Part shown: in pieces, positions 11,354 through 24,631 of the stretch | How the letters are laid out: each line of letters opens with the position of its first letter | Position numbering within the stretch: position 1 is the first letter of the stretch | Assembly: GCA_964106915.2 (NCBI GenBank) | Contig: OZ066925.1 | Strand: one strand, 5' to 3' | Source of the DNA: Podarcis gaigeae | Lineage: Eukaryota | DNA: 64,000 bases | Translations under genes and position numbers: made by a program | Notes under the pieces: generated by a model | What the model saw: only the letters and a program-made list of their open reading frames with translations | Told to the model about the DNA's origin: nothing | Database searches by the model: none

Positions 11354-14300
11354 CTAATTTCCAGTTGTGTTACCTCATTCACATGAAAAGTACTCATTAG
11401 CAAGCAGGAAAGGAGGAATCTTTTTTTTAAGCCTTCATACTATTCTGTTAGGACACATCTGCTTGTGTATACTGGATCTGATATTATTGGACAGTCTATA
11501 ATGCACCTTGACAGTCTTTCTCTTGCCCCGCCCTTGTGTGAACAATTGTACATGAATGCTATGAGATGCATTAGCTTAAATAAAATGAGAGGGAGCACTG
11601 CATACCTATGCATATTCGTGAAAGAAAATACACAGGATTCTATTCTCAAAGGTTCTTTATATATGGGAGACCATGAGCTTGTTTGGATGGTCCATTCTGT
11701 GTAGAACTTATCTAGCAGGACCGAGTGTGAATTAGTCATCTTTGGTGTACACAAAAAAAGTGTTCTGCTTTCTTTGGCATGTTTATGGCACATTGAACAC
11801 ACTTATGTAGGCATGAGAATAAATGTCACTGTTTACAGTCAGATCTCAGATTCTGTGTGACAATTCCCTAGGCAACAACTATTCCCTTAAGCAAAATTGC
11901 ATATAATCAGGATATTTAATTTAAAGGGTTTAAAAAAGAGTAATTGACCATTATTTTTTGTAAATGAAACTAATAATCATATCACTGTTTCCTACATATG
12001 CTTAGAATCCAATCTGTTTTACACAGAACCATCAGGTTTGAACTGCTGAGCCTATGGAGAATCATCCATAGCGATCATCCTTCTGAAATTTTCCCCAATT
12101 GATGTTGCTATAGTGCAGTGAGAACATAGATCAAAATAGCTAAACACATCAACTAGCTCAATACATAGTGCTTAAAACTAGCTGTGAACAGAGTTTAGCA
12201 AAAGACCAGTAACCGGTGTGTTTGACTTGTATTTTCAAACTGCTAGAGAACAGTTACCCCATCCCCCATAAGCCACTACAATAGTGTTATGATAAATGTG
12301 GGATTACTACAAGTTGACCCTGTGTGCTTTGTTCTTCCTCTCCTGGGCACACCAAGTGAAAAGATTTAAATACACATCTGATTTCACAAGCATTCAGGCT
12401 CAAAGAATGTGGTGAAAGTGAAGTCATACACAGAGCATTTGCAAGCTCTCCTGTGTCAAAGGTTGTTAGTTTTTCAGCTGCCAAGTAATGTTTGATATGG
12501 GTCTGTCAAGTCTCTGTACACTACATATTTTGGCAAAATCTTGATTTGGCAACCAAAACTTACTGTATTTTTCTCTGTAACAAAATTAAGATGCCACCAG
12601 CTTGTGCAAGTACTAGCACTTAGCCTTCAAACTAGTTTTAGATCATTTATAAAATGTGAAATATTATTTACTAATCAGACCTTTCTGAATTTGGGCTTTC
12701 AAAAAATTAATATATTATTGGAATTCCAAGAAACAAAAGTTTGTTTCAGGATCAAGTGGGTAAATGTTTAAAATTCTAATAACCAATTAGAAATGGTCTT
12801 TCATATGCAATGGCAGCCAAAGATTTTATGTGATACTGCAGCAAGAGGGGGGAAAAAACTTCCATAAAATGTTAAATGCATGGTATCTCATTCCTTGTAG
12901 GCTACTATTTTTAAAAATAAACTTTCTACTGCATTATGCTGGCAATGTGTCAGACCAAGCAGATTTTAAGTATATTCGGTGTGACTTCAAATAAGTGAAT
13001 ATTTCAGACTGAAGTTATAAAGATGAATGAAATTACAGCACACAAAAGAAAACTAAACTGTGTGGTTACATTGTTGGAGAAACTGAAATGATAAATTGAA
13101 AAAAATAAAATAAAGATGGTAGGAAATATTAGCTGCAGCTGGAATATTGATTGCTAATTAATAGAAAACCCAACAGTTACCATCAATCAATATGTGGGAA
13201 CAAGCAACTTGGCACAGAAGATTAGTGTATAAAACATACAAGAAATCCTCCCCCCCCCGCCAAAATAGTAGCAGCACATTTTGAAAGATCTTTGAGAGTC
13301 AGAGCTATGAATATTTAAATTTACTGAATGTCCAACACAGAAATATCAGAAAGGCCATACTGGAAATGTTATATATGCATGATAAATATTAAAGAGCAGC
13401 AAAACAAAAAGTTACTAAACAAAATATGAGGATTTTATTTTTTGCAATTAGTCCCTTCTATTTTTGTTATGACTGTAAAAGTCTCTTTGGCAGTACTGTA
13501 TGTTAAATATTATGATGAAATCTGAAATATAAAAATTGCAGTAGCTGTCAAAAAACTGCACTGGTCTCATGCTAGAATAAAATGTCCAATTGCCTCCGTT
13601 GATGAGTTCTGTGCAATATGCAAAATGATATCTTTCAAGAGCTTAAAATTGTTTTTCATAAGAAATTAGTTTTGATCCAGTCGAGTGGCATCACTCAGCT
13701 CAGTCCTGTTATTACTAAGTTTACAAAAATGCCAGAGATTCTTGCTTTTAATGATATAACTATTAATACTTTAGAGTCTAAAAAGAGGAAGTGGATACAT
13801 CTTAGTAGGTCATGCCAGAAATAATGATCTCGAACTATGCACAGAAACCAAAGCTGACTCTCAAGAATGATTGAAGCAAACCCCTGAGGTGCTGAACTGG
13901 AGAGAAGTTTTTTGCTGTCCAAATAAGTCTAGAAATGAAAGAAAATATAGAATTTGTTCAGTTCACACAACAGACTGTAGTTCAATCCAGAGTTCCAAGA
14001 GGATGCCCTGCGACCAGAGGTTTTCATATTCACTTCAGAGGGGATGTGCGCATGGAGTGGTGCTCAAAGTGAATGTAAAATAAAAGGAGGATTCCACTAA
14101 TGCAGGAACTTCACATATTAATCACAGCTTTCAGATCAGGGAGTTGCTGTACTGCAGCCTGACTGCAATTGGAATTGTTCCCAAATGCTGCAATTGATCA
14201 TTCCTGACAGTCTAAAAAAAGACAAAACAAAACAAAAACCCTCTTTTGTGGAGGATATTGGGTTGGCACTTTACAAATGCAGATCTCAACTATTCATATT

Positions 14301-15679
14301 GGCATAGATGCAAACATGTGTAATAACTAATTGTTTTAACATAAGCTGTTTTTAAAGAGTCTTCAGTGGCCTCTCATTTGTAATTCCTCTCCTCCCTTTC
14401 ATTACCTTGGTAATTAATAAGTCAGAGTGTTTCAAATTCTCAACTAGTTAATCTAAGGCCACTAAAGGTCATGGACACTAGTTGTGCTAGAAATGCCAGA
14501 TTTTTGAAAAAGGTGCTTTAAGTAGACCAACACTGACAAGCAATTTGTTCTGATAAAGTAGTTTTTTGAGAGATCTTAGTGTATTCAGACAGTGCAGAGT
14601 TTATTATGTGCTCAATGACTTAATATTCATCCTTTTCTGGCAGAACAGTACGAGTTTTATTGAGCAAACATTCCTGAAGCCACCCAATTCCAGCTGCTAC
14701 TTTTTGTATAGCTTCCTATTAATGACTTTCAGGAATCTGAGCATCCATCAGTCTAAATGGATACATTTGGAATAAATAATTCTAACCTTGATGCTTGCCT
14801 GTTTCAAATATGTTCTGGTCATCTAGCAAGGAGTACCAGATTCAAAATTTTATTCCCATAGCATCCTCAGAGTACATCTGATGTCTAGATTAGGTCACCT
14901 ACTTAATATATGATTATGATTGATTGGATTACCAGGGCGGGTCACAACAATTTAAAACACAACATTAAAAACAGTTTAAAACAAATTACAATCACAATAA
15001 TATGATAGATTCTAAATAAACACACACAAACATAGTGTCAAAGAGACTTAATTCAGCATATGACTATAACTGTCAGATCCAATTCAAGGTGCTTGTACTA
15101 TTACACCCAGCTCAACAGCTTAGGATACAAGTAGCTGAAAGAGCATCTTCCCAGTACCAGCCAAGCCATGGTTTGTGATCTGTAGGGAAGGCCCTGCCTG
15201 TGAAATTTTGTTCACAAGAGACAGCAATTCCTCAGTTGGGTGCCCCCTGTTCTGTAGAGATCAGATTGTCCCTTGCACAGTGGCACCTTAAGACTAATTT
15301 GTTCTAGTAGGTCTCTGGAGCAAAATGGGAGTGACACCATTTGTATAAGGTAACATTATTATTATTGTTAGGTTTTGCACTGTGCTTCTACTTTTATTGA
15401 ATGCTGGACTATTATAGTTAGCCACACTGGGCTCCTGGGAAAAGGTGGGGTGCATGAATTGAATAATAGACACAAAATAATTTACACTAAAATATTCTTC
15501 TGCCCCAAAGATGGTTCAGAGGCTGACCATCAGTGATTCACAATTCCACTTTCCAGAGAGCATTTAAATTGCTTTTGGGGGAGAGCGAGAGGGCGATTAG
15601 GGGTCCCAAGCTTCCAACTTGAAACCAGGCAGGGGAGAGAACTGTCCTCTCAGTTGAGCAGGGAAGCTACAGGGAAGAC

Positions 15680-15778
15680 TAGGGCTGCCATATTTCAAAA
15701 AAGTAAAAACCAGGGCACACTGAAAGTTGTTGGCACCGCCTTTCAGAAATCCCTCCTGTCTTTGAAATGGCAGCCCTA
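15680..15778. mobile_element. hAT (Blackjack-like) MITE
   Basis: TIR TAGGGCTGCCAT / ATGGCAGCCCTA. TSD gggaagac/gggaagag. Confidence 0.8.
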
Positions 15779-16435
15779 GGGAAGAGACCCAGGGCTGGAG
15801 GTCAAGTTGGAGAATCCTGTGCCAAAATCAGAATCCCAAGACACTGCCAAATGCCACTGCAGGAAAATGCAAAACCATGGCCACCTCAGCCCCATGTTTG
15901 GAGCTGGCAAGTGGATGGAGACTATACCAGCAGCTGCACTAGGCTTCTGTAACTGCAGGGACACCCAATCTATTTATCCAGTTGTGAAAGCTTATCATGG
16001 AATGTAGGCTTTCAAGAAGTGCAAACAGGCCTGGGAGGAAAATCCTAACAGTGATCTCTTTACACCACTTCACATACCTGATATGCTGTGGTGGCACCAT
16101 ATATTTATAGTTTCCAGTTACATTATTATTTGTTATATATGTACATCCTTCCATCATATAGCCGGATTTGGCTATGTGGTGAATTTCTGATGGAAAGTGA
16201 GCTTCTCCCATTGCTCTTACTCTGAATTGGGATGAGGGGAAAATAAGAGAGGATGTGATTCCACTGCACAGCCAACAGGGCAAGGTATCCTGTCTAGTGA
16301 GCTATTTTATTTCATTGCCTGCCAGGGCTCAGTGCAATACTTTCACCCTAGTTTGATTCTCATTATGTAAAACTCCATGTGGATAGCTGGGACAGAAAGG
16401 AGATGAGCAACTGAAAGCATATCACATTGGAAGTA

Positions 16436-16677
16436 CAGTGGTACCTTGGGTTACATACGCTTCAGGTTACATACGCTTCAGGTTACAGACTCCGCTAACC
16501 CAGAAATAGTACCTCGGGTTAAGAACCTTGCTTCAGGGTGAGAACAGAAATCGTGCTCCGGTGGCGTGGTGGCAGTGGGAGGCCCCATTAGCTAAAGTGG
16601 TGCTTCAGGTTAAGAACAGTTTCAGGTTAAGAACGGACCTCCGGAACAAATTAAGTACTTAACCCGAGGTACCACTG
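16436..16677. mobile_element. pogo/Tigger-like MITE
   Basis: TA-CAGTGGTACCTTGGGTTA ... TAACCCGAGGTACCACTG-TA. Confidence 0.9.
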
Positions 16678-18624
16678 TAATGCAGTGCGCTTCTCTGTCA
16701 ACATTCAATCCCCCCTAACTAGTAGGGAGTAGATCATGAGGGGAAATGTCAACCTGGGGCTTGCTTGGCAACACGGATCTCTTCTCTTTTCTCTCCAACT
16801 ACCGCCTTACAAATATGTTTCACACCTTTCCACAAAGGAGCAATGAAATGTACCGTAACTTGGAGAGAGGGGTATTTTGCTAGATACAAAACTGTTTAGC
16901 ACCGCCACCATTTTGTTTTACAGCAAGTTTACACATATTTTAAAGTAACAGTACTGAGAGTCACCAACATGGCCCCTGTGGCAATCAATGCACCCACCCG
17001 CGAAATGCCTCAGTAAATAATAATACATAAGAAATGGTTAGTTCTTCTTCCTGCTCAGTTTGCGTTTGCACTTGGGCTCAGCTTCTTGTATGCTGAATGT
17101 GTCCAATCAAACATGTCCACATTTCACTGGATGCTAGGACTGGACAGCTACCAATCCTTCCATTCCAAACCGAAGTGTTATACCCACTGCAGCTATTTTA
17201 TAATTGGCGCCAACAGCACTTTCTCAAAATTCAAAGTGTGCCAACTGGCTCAGAAAGGCTGATGAACCCTGGTATTGACTATATTTCTGATAGTCTATGA
17301 TACTTAACATCCTATTTTCATGCAAGATAGAATAGAATGTATGTGGGATATTTAAATAACTTCCCCACCTGTTGCAACTGGCCATAGATATTGAAGTTAT
17401 GGAAACAGGAAGTTATGAGTAGTGGTTTATAATACAGCAGCCCAGCCATACTGGAACATGGAATATGTTTTAAGGAGTTATCTATTCACTCCTCCACTCC
17501 ATTTCAAGCTCAAATTTCAGTGGATGTAAACAGTCATCCCATGTGACATTGCTTTTCCATTTGAGAAGAGAAGATTCTGTATAGCAGAACAATCTTCTAT
17601 TAAACCCAAAGACAACAGAGCAGCACACACTGAACAATATTTCTGTTGGTCTGCTGGATCCAGCTGCCACTCAAACATGGTCCGCTTGCAGCCAGCCAAC
17701 ATGCAGCTAGCAAGAGAGAAAGACAGCTCAGCCCTTGCACTGGCAAGTTGACCTATTGTATTTTACAGTGCTTTTATTAAACACCTGAGGGTTGTGTTTT
17801 TTTTTTGAAAATTTAAACTGAATTGTAAGTATGAATAAATCTTTGGCCATTTTCAAAGAGCAGAAATAAAGTGACTCAGCATAACTGAAATTTCTGCAGG
17901 AAAAGTTTCTCCCCCTAGAAGGAAGATATTTTTTTTAAATGTTAACTTTACTCCTGATCATTCTTCATTTTGTGTAGTCTTAAGACCAGGCAAGCAGACC
18001 AGAAGCACCTTTCCTTAGTTACCATCCTTAGCTAAGCATGAGCCCAATAAGCAGTAGCTGTTCTGCAGAGAGCATAGTAGTTAGTCCAAATAGGCCTGTG
18101 TCAAACCTCTTCATAGAATGGTTAGTACTGGTGCAAAGTGTATAAAAATCCCCATTCATTTTTTGCTGATTAGTGTGTGTGTTCAGCAGTGCTGTCTGAG
18201 AGGTTGCATTCCTTCGTGGTAATTCTTACATATACAAACTTCCTTGGAAATATCCTAAACAAGTTTGAAAGCAAACAATGAACAACAAAAAAAAAGAAAG
18301 GGTAGAGAAGAAACACAATGAGATTATTCAACCCATCCACTTCCTCCTGTGACAGTAATAATAATAACAATAATTTTATTATTTATATGCCACCCATCTG
18401 ACTAGGTTGCCCCAGCTATTCTGGGCAGTTGATATACTATTTCCTCCCCAAGGAAGAACAGGTACCACACATTTCTGTCCCGTTCACTTGCCAAAAACAC
18501 CAGTACTAGATTTGATCTGCCATAATGGGCAAATTCAATCAATATAGGGATTAAAACGGTGAACTCCCTGCCCCTCAAATACAGAAGCAAATTATGGGGA
18601 GGGGGTTGTCAAAAGAGGTAAGAG

Positions 18625-18778
18625 CATAGCTGTCAACCTTCCCTTTTTTTGCGGGAAATTCCCTTATTCCAGCGCCGTTTCGTGCTGCTTCCCGGATTGT
18701 TAGATATCCCGTAGACTGCCCCCGGGACAGGTGAGGCTGCTGATCCCTTATTTTCAAATCTGGAAGTTGACAGCTATG
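18625..18778. mobile_element. hAT MITE
   Basis: TIR CATAGCTGTCAAC / GTTGACAGCTATG. Perfect 8-bp TSD ggtaagag at 18617-18624 and 18779-18786. Confidence 0.9.
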
Positions 18779-18879
18779 GGTAAGAGGTACCAGCCTCATG
18801 GACAAAGATACATTAATACAGTAGCTGCTTTTTGGCTACACAAACTCTCAAAGCAACTTACAAAAGATACAGTACATGC

Positions 18880-18925
18880 TAATAATAATAATAATAACAA
18901 TAATAATAATAAGAATAATAATAAT
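18880..18925. repeat. (AAT)n microsatellite
   Basis: Read directly. Confidence 0.9.
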
Positions 18926-19856
18926 ACAGTACATGCATTACTCAGCATTCCACTTCATCCAGCTGAGAAGCATTTGCTCCCTGTTAAGCAGTGGGAGAGG
19001 CCTAGTTCCTCCTGCCCAGCAAAGGAACATGGCAGATCTCAGGGGAGCAGTTTCTTTGGCAACCTTAACTTAAAACTAGTGACGTAACAGACCCATAACA
19101 GACCCCACCTGTTTTTGCATAACCTGATGCAGATGAGTTATTACCGGACAAGCTGCAGCTGTACCCACCATGCTGCAGACAAAGTTTCGACTTCTTGGTT
19201 GTCTTTTACAGTTCTCCTTCCCCAAGTTCCAAAGCAGGCAAGTGCTCTACACAAGTGTCCCAAAAATATCCTGTGACACAAAACCAAGGTGTTTTGGCTT
19301 CCTCCATAGGATCTATGCACTAGCAGTATTTTAAAGAGTTTTTATTTTAATAAAAAAACATGTTTGATGTTTTTATTATGTTTTTAGATATGCTGTAAGC
19401 CACCCAGAGTGGCTGGGGAAACCCAGCCAGATGGGGAATAAATATAACAACAACAACCTCTGATTCAGCTACCACACTTAACTTTTCAATTGCATCACTT
19501 GGAGTGAATACGGGTAACTAATAACGGAATAGGAGGAGAGAGAGCATAAAGCCATCTTCATACTCCTAGTCCTTCTTACAATCCTAACAGAGAGTGATAC
19601 AACCAGAACACAACATTGAACTATCACAACCTACAAATGCACTATTGAAAGAGACATGCAATTAAGCAGCCTGGAAAAATATTCCCAGAACATATGTAAT
19701 CATCACATATTTTTTAAAACTGTAAAATTAACTTAATTACAATAAGGTCATTTGAATTATCACTATAAAAGTTCTGAGTTCTGTCTCACAGAGATGTGGA
19801 ACAAAGAACTTTCAGGAAAAAATGTTTAGTATACAGGTCTTCACAATATGTATGGC

Positions 19857-19971
19857 CAGGGCTTTTTTTCCAGAGAGCTCAGCTCTGGCGCCTCTCAGGT
19901 AGGAGCCATTGCCATTCTAAGAGAAGTTCATAGTGAGCTCCAGCACCTCTTTTTCTAGAAAAATAGCACTG
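19857..19971. mobile_element. hAT MITE
   Basis: CAGGGCTTTTTTTC ... GAAAAATAGCACTG. TSD tgtatggc/tatatggc. Confidence 0.75.
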
Positions 19972-21492
19972 TATATGGCTGCTAAATATTGAATAATTCT
20001 ACCCAAGTGACCTTAAAAAAATAACAACCTAAGAAGACATCATCACCAATCATGTGATGGCAGCAAAGTAGAGTGTACTTTAGTTTACTGGCACAACCAG
20101 CATTTCCTTATTCAAAGCCTTCCAATAGCTTACTATAGATGAGTTTGTGTGCCTTAACCGATTGCATAGAATTAGAATATTGACCTGTGCATTTGCACCT
20201 GCCTGATCCAGTAACAGCTGGATGCTTGAAGATGTCAGAGAACAATGGTCCCATTATCAATATGTCACTTGGTATGTTATCATGTTTTATCTTGGTGTAC
20301 ACCAAGTTTCAAAAGTTTCTGACAATGAAGTAGGGTACTAATTTGTACAATAACCAATTTTAAAAATCATGATTGTGTCACATGGCACTGTGGTCAGCAC
20401 ACTAGACAACCAAAACAGCAGAGACTGATCATTTCCTCTTGCTAGGACTCAACTTCCTGTGCATCACTTCACCACTCGTACTATTTTGCAAAAAGAGTGC
20501 TGTGTTTTACCGATGCTGTCCAGAATGATATTGTCTTAAACATCTTTCTTCCTATTAAGTTCTCAGAATGGTTATTTTGAGACTGAAACCTTATCTTCAC
20601 AGAACATCACTGAAGTCACTGACAAGAGTTTTGCCTAGTCGAGCACTTTAAGACTAATGACCTAAATTTGTATCTTGCCCTTTCCCCAACATACTTCCAA
20701 TAAGCTCTAGACTGGCATACATAGGGTTTGCTGTGGATACCCATGGGTGTAGTGGTATTCTTAAAGCTACTCTATCAGACACAAAGTACAGATAACCAAC
20801 TTAAATCAAAAACCTTAATTACAAAACACAGTGTTTCATCACGATCTAAAACTTTAGGATAGTATTTCCATGGAAACTGTTGACTAGCTTGCTATGTGGA
20901 TATCTTTACTATGCTAGAGATTTTCAAGTTACCACAGGTATCATGTTTTTCACAACATTTATGAAAAAAGAAGCACAAGAAAATAACAAAAATGGATGTC
21001 AAGCGGCACTAACACCTGCCAACAAGCAATTATTTGCTTAATGCATTTATTAAGAGTATTTTTACAGCTGGCTATATATAAACTTGGCTATCTACTAAAT
21101 TGCGGCATTGTTTACTAGTCATGAGCGTACATCAATGTTGAATGTATGATGCTGTGTAACATTTAAATATTTGCATTCTGCAGAGAGCTAATGCATTACA
21201 GTAGTGCAATTTTCTTTTTAAAAACAATCATTACCCAGAGGAGTCACCTGTTGGCGATACAGTTCAAACCCTAGGGGAATAGTAATTTATGATTCAGAGG
21301 ATAACTATAGCAACTTTTATGTCGCGAGCAGGGGTGGGGAACCTGCAGCTCAAGCGCATGGGGGGGGGGAGGCAGATGAAGATGGCGGAAGGATGTGGCA
21401 GGGGAAGAGTCATCCCCAAAGCAAAAGTTTAGACTTTTGGCCAGAGTGAGCCACCCTTCTCTTATTCAACAGTTGATTATTACTACAGTATA

Positions 21493-21827
21493 AAGGTAAA
21501 GGTACCCCTGCCCATACGGGCCAGTCGTGTCCGACTCTAGGGTTGTGCGCTCATCTCACTTAAGAGGCCGGGAGCCAGCGCTGTCCGAATACACTTCCGG
21601 GTCACGTGGCCAGCGTGACGATGCTGCATCTGGCGAGCCAGCACCAGCGCAGCACACGGAAACGCCGTTTACCTTCCTACTATAAAGCGGTCCCTATTTA
21701 TCTACTTGCACTTAGAGGTGCTTTCGAACTGCTAGGTGGGCAGGAGCTGGGACCGAAAGACGGGAGCTCACCCCGCCACGGGGATTTGAACCGCCGACCA
21801 TTCGAATCCCCACGGCGGGGTGAGCTC
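21493..21827 (-). mobile_element. Sauria SINE, subfamily A-like, 5'-truncated with an inverted duplication
   Basis: Begins aaggtaaaggtacccctgccc (reverse tail). 14-bp TSD attactacagtata at 21479-21492 and 21833-21846. Confidence 0.9.
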
Positions 21828-22416
21828 TACAGATTACTACAGTATATCAAAACACAAACACATTATGCACATTTACTTGGGATTCAATTAGTTATGGTTT
21901 CTCCCTTTTAGGTCCTAATTGTTTGAGACCAGAGTATCTGAAGGATGAATTTGCCCGTATGAGCTCACCCATACATTAAGCTCCACGGCTGGGGCTCTGC
22001 TCCACTGGCAGTGCTGCAGCTGGTGATGCTGGAGACGGCCTACCAGAGCTTTGAAACAGGCTGCCTTGGCAGGATTGCTTGTCACCCACCCTTTCTGTTT
22101 TTAGGTACAGGGCAAGACATCACGGTTTCGGTGAGCATTTATGGCTGCCATTTGGCATATTTATTGCTGCTGAAATCATAGTTGCTCTGTTGGGTGGCTT
22201 ACAGGTTTGTTTGTTTGTTTTAATAAATCAGCAGAGTGCTATTGGCTAGGCTATTAATATATTCTTGTTATCTCATTTCTGTTACTAGCTGCAGAAAGGT
22301 CAGATAAAAAAACTTTGGCAAATAAGGGATTTGTGCTACACACGACAATAAGTGCATCTGCCCTAGTCATCTTACTTTCATATAGGGAATCAAGGTTGTG
22401 TTAATTTGCCCAAGGC

Positions 22417-22492
22417 CAGTGAGAAAATGCAGCATAAAATATTTTAACACATACAGTGAGAAAATGCAGCATAAAATATTTTAACACATACA
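22417..22492. repeat. Perfect 37-bp tandem duplication
   Basis: cagtgagaaaatgcagcataaaatattttaacacata twice, plus ca. Confidence 0.95.
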
Positions 22493-23583
22493 ACTAGGAC
22501 CCCCTAAATAGCACCCATGGACACCAAAAGACCCTTGGACATCTGCTTGATGCCCACTAAGGCCCCTATCCCTCCCAATTTATAAGGCTTTTTTTTTCTT
22601 TTTAATTTGGGGCTTGGCTGCTTTGAGAGAGAGCTGCCTGCTTTTCTACATGTTTTGTTTGTTCTGGAGCACGTGTAGATTTTTACTTGTTTGGGAGGCA
22701 GGGTGGTTCTGAACATTGCCAGCTTTTCTTCAGTGAAATGGGTATTTAGATTTTCAAATATCTCCTGGCTATGCTTGCTAAAGCTGATGAGAACTAGAGT
22801 TCAACAACATCTGGAGGTTAGTAGCCCAGCCCTAAATAATATTTAGCGTTTTGTTGCTGAGCTACCCTTGGGTTCGCACTGTCCCCAACACACTACAGTC
22901 ACAAGTCCAGAAGCTCTTGCTTCTGGTTTAAATTGTTCATATGCTGCCATGTTATCCATACCTGGAGAAGCTGTGGTTAATCTTAACTACGGTTAGGTGA
23001 AACAAGACAGCTTCATAAACTATGGTTTGAAGTTGACTTGTGGCAATTAGCTATAGTTAAGAAGAGTAACCACACTCTTTGCTTCGGATAGTGCATTACA
23101 TTGCAATATGGAAGTTTTTGCTTTCCCTCATAGACACCCTAGAGGAGAGGGGAGAAGAGAGCATGAAATCCTGAGGTTTGTTCTCATAATGCTAAATCAT
23201 GGTTCAGGGTTATCTCGGAATGCAGCCAAGTTGTATGTGACCACACAAAAGCCTATAATGACAGTTTTACTGCTGACACTCTCTGAACACTCTGGAAAAA
23301 ATACCAGTATCATTGTAGGGGTTCATATAGTGCAGCAACTAGAAGTGTGCAGCAGGAAGTCCAAATCTCACCATAGCCATTAGCTTACTAGGTAGCCTAT
23401 CTAGTCCAGTATCCCATTTTCCATAGTGGCAAACAGTATCTCTATGGGAAGCCTACAAGCAACACAGCAGGACAATGGCCTTCTTCCGTCACTGGTACTC
23501 AGCTGGAGGTAGTACATAGCCATCACGACAAGTAGCCACTGGTAGCCTTATCGTACACAGTAGGGAATTTCATTATTTAACTA

Positions 23584-24631
23584 CAGTGGAACCTCGACTT
23601 ACATATGGTTCTACTTATGTATGATTCCAGTTACGACCTTCAGTAGGTGCTTTGACTTATGAACTTTCCTCTAGATAAGAACAGAGGCCTTCCTGGCAGC
23701 CCAGAGCTCGCCTAGCCAGCTGCGGAGCAGCGCTGAGGCTTCTGCTGCCCAGGAGAGGGCCCCCCATCCCACCCCTGAAGCTGTGGAAGAGGTGCCGCCT
23801 GCAAGAAGCACAGCAGGGTTCACTGCAGCCCCAAACCCCACCGAGGAACTAACCTGAGGAAGTCCAGAGAAGAATCTGGCCGGGCAAGAAAAAAAAGTGA
23901 CCCTGGCTGAAGTGAATCAGTTCTTTACTGACCCTTGCCCCACCCCCAGCTTGTAGCCAGGTAAGCCTACCCACCCTCAGTGCACGTAAGGGAAAAAAAG
24001 TTCATTTTTTTCATCTACAATGCTGTCTTATTTATTTTATAGTAAAGTACATTGATTATTTGGGACGCGGGTGGCGCTGTGGGTTAAACCACAGAGCCTA
24101 GGACTTGCCGATCAGAAGGTTGGCGGTTCGAATCCCCATGATGGGGTGAGCTCCCGTTGCTCGGTCCCTGTTCCTGCCAACCTAGCTGTTTGAAAGCATG
24201 TCAAAGTGCAAGTAAATAAACAGGTACCGCTCCGGCGGGTAGGTAAACGGCATTTTCATGCACTGCTCTGGTTCGCCAGAAGTGGCTTAGTCATGGTGGC
24301 CACATGACCCGGAAGCTGTATGCCGGCTCCCTTGGCCAATAAAGCGAGATGAGCGCCGCAACCCCGGAGTCGGTCACGACTGGACCTAATGGTCAGGGGT
24401 CCCTTTACCTTTACCTACATTGATTGCTGCCTTCATTTTATAGATCTATGGTCTCGTTGGACAGTAAAATCCGTGTTAAATTGCTGTTTTAGGGGGTCTT
24501 TTTCATAGTCTAGAATGGATCAATTCACTTCTCCATTACTTTCTATGGAAAAGTGTGCCTCTAGTTATGTATGTTTCTAGTTATGACCGGACCTCCAGAA
24601 CAGATTATGGTTGTAAGTAGAGGTTCCACTG
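23584..24631. mobile_element. Longer non-autonomous pogo/Tigger-like element interrupted by a Sauria SINE
   Basis: TA-CAGTGGAACCTCGACTTACA ... TGTAAGTAGAGGTTCCACTG-TA (19/20 TIR match). Confidence 0.85.
24062..24415 (+). mobile_element. Sauria SINE, subfamily B, nested in a pogo/Tigger-like element
   Basis: Full head-to-tail match to the other copies. TSD tacattgatt at 24048-24057 and 24416-24425. Confidence 0.93.
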
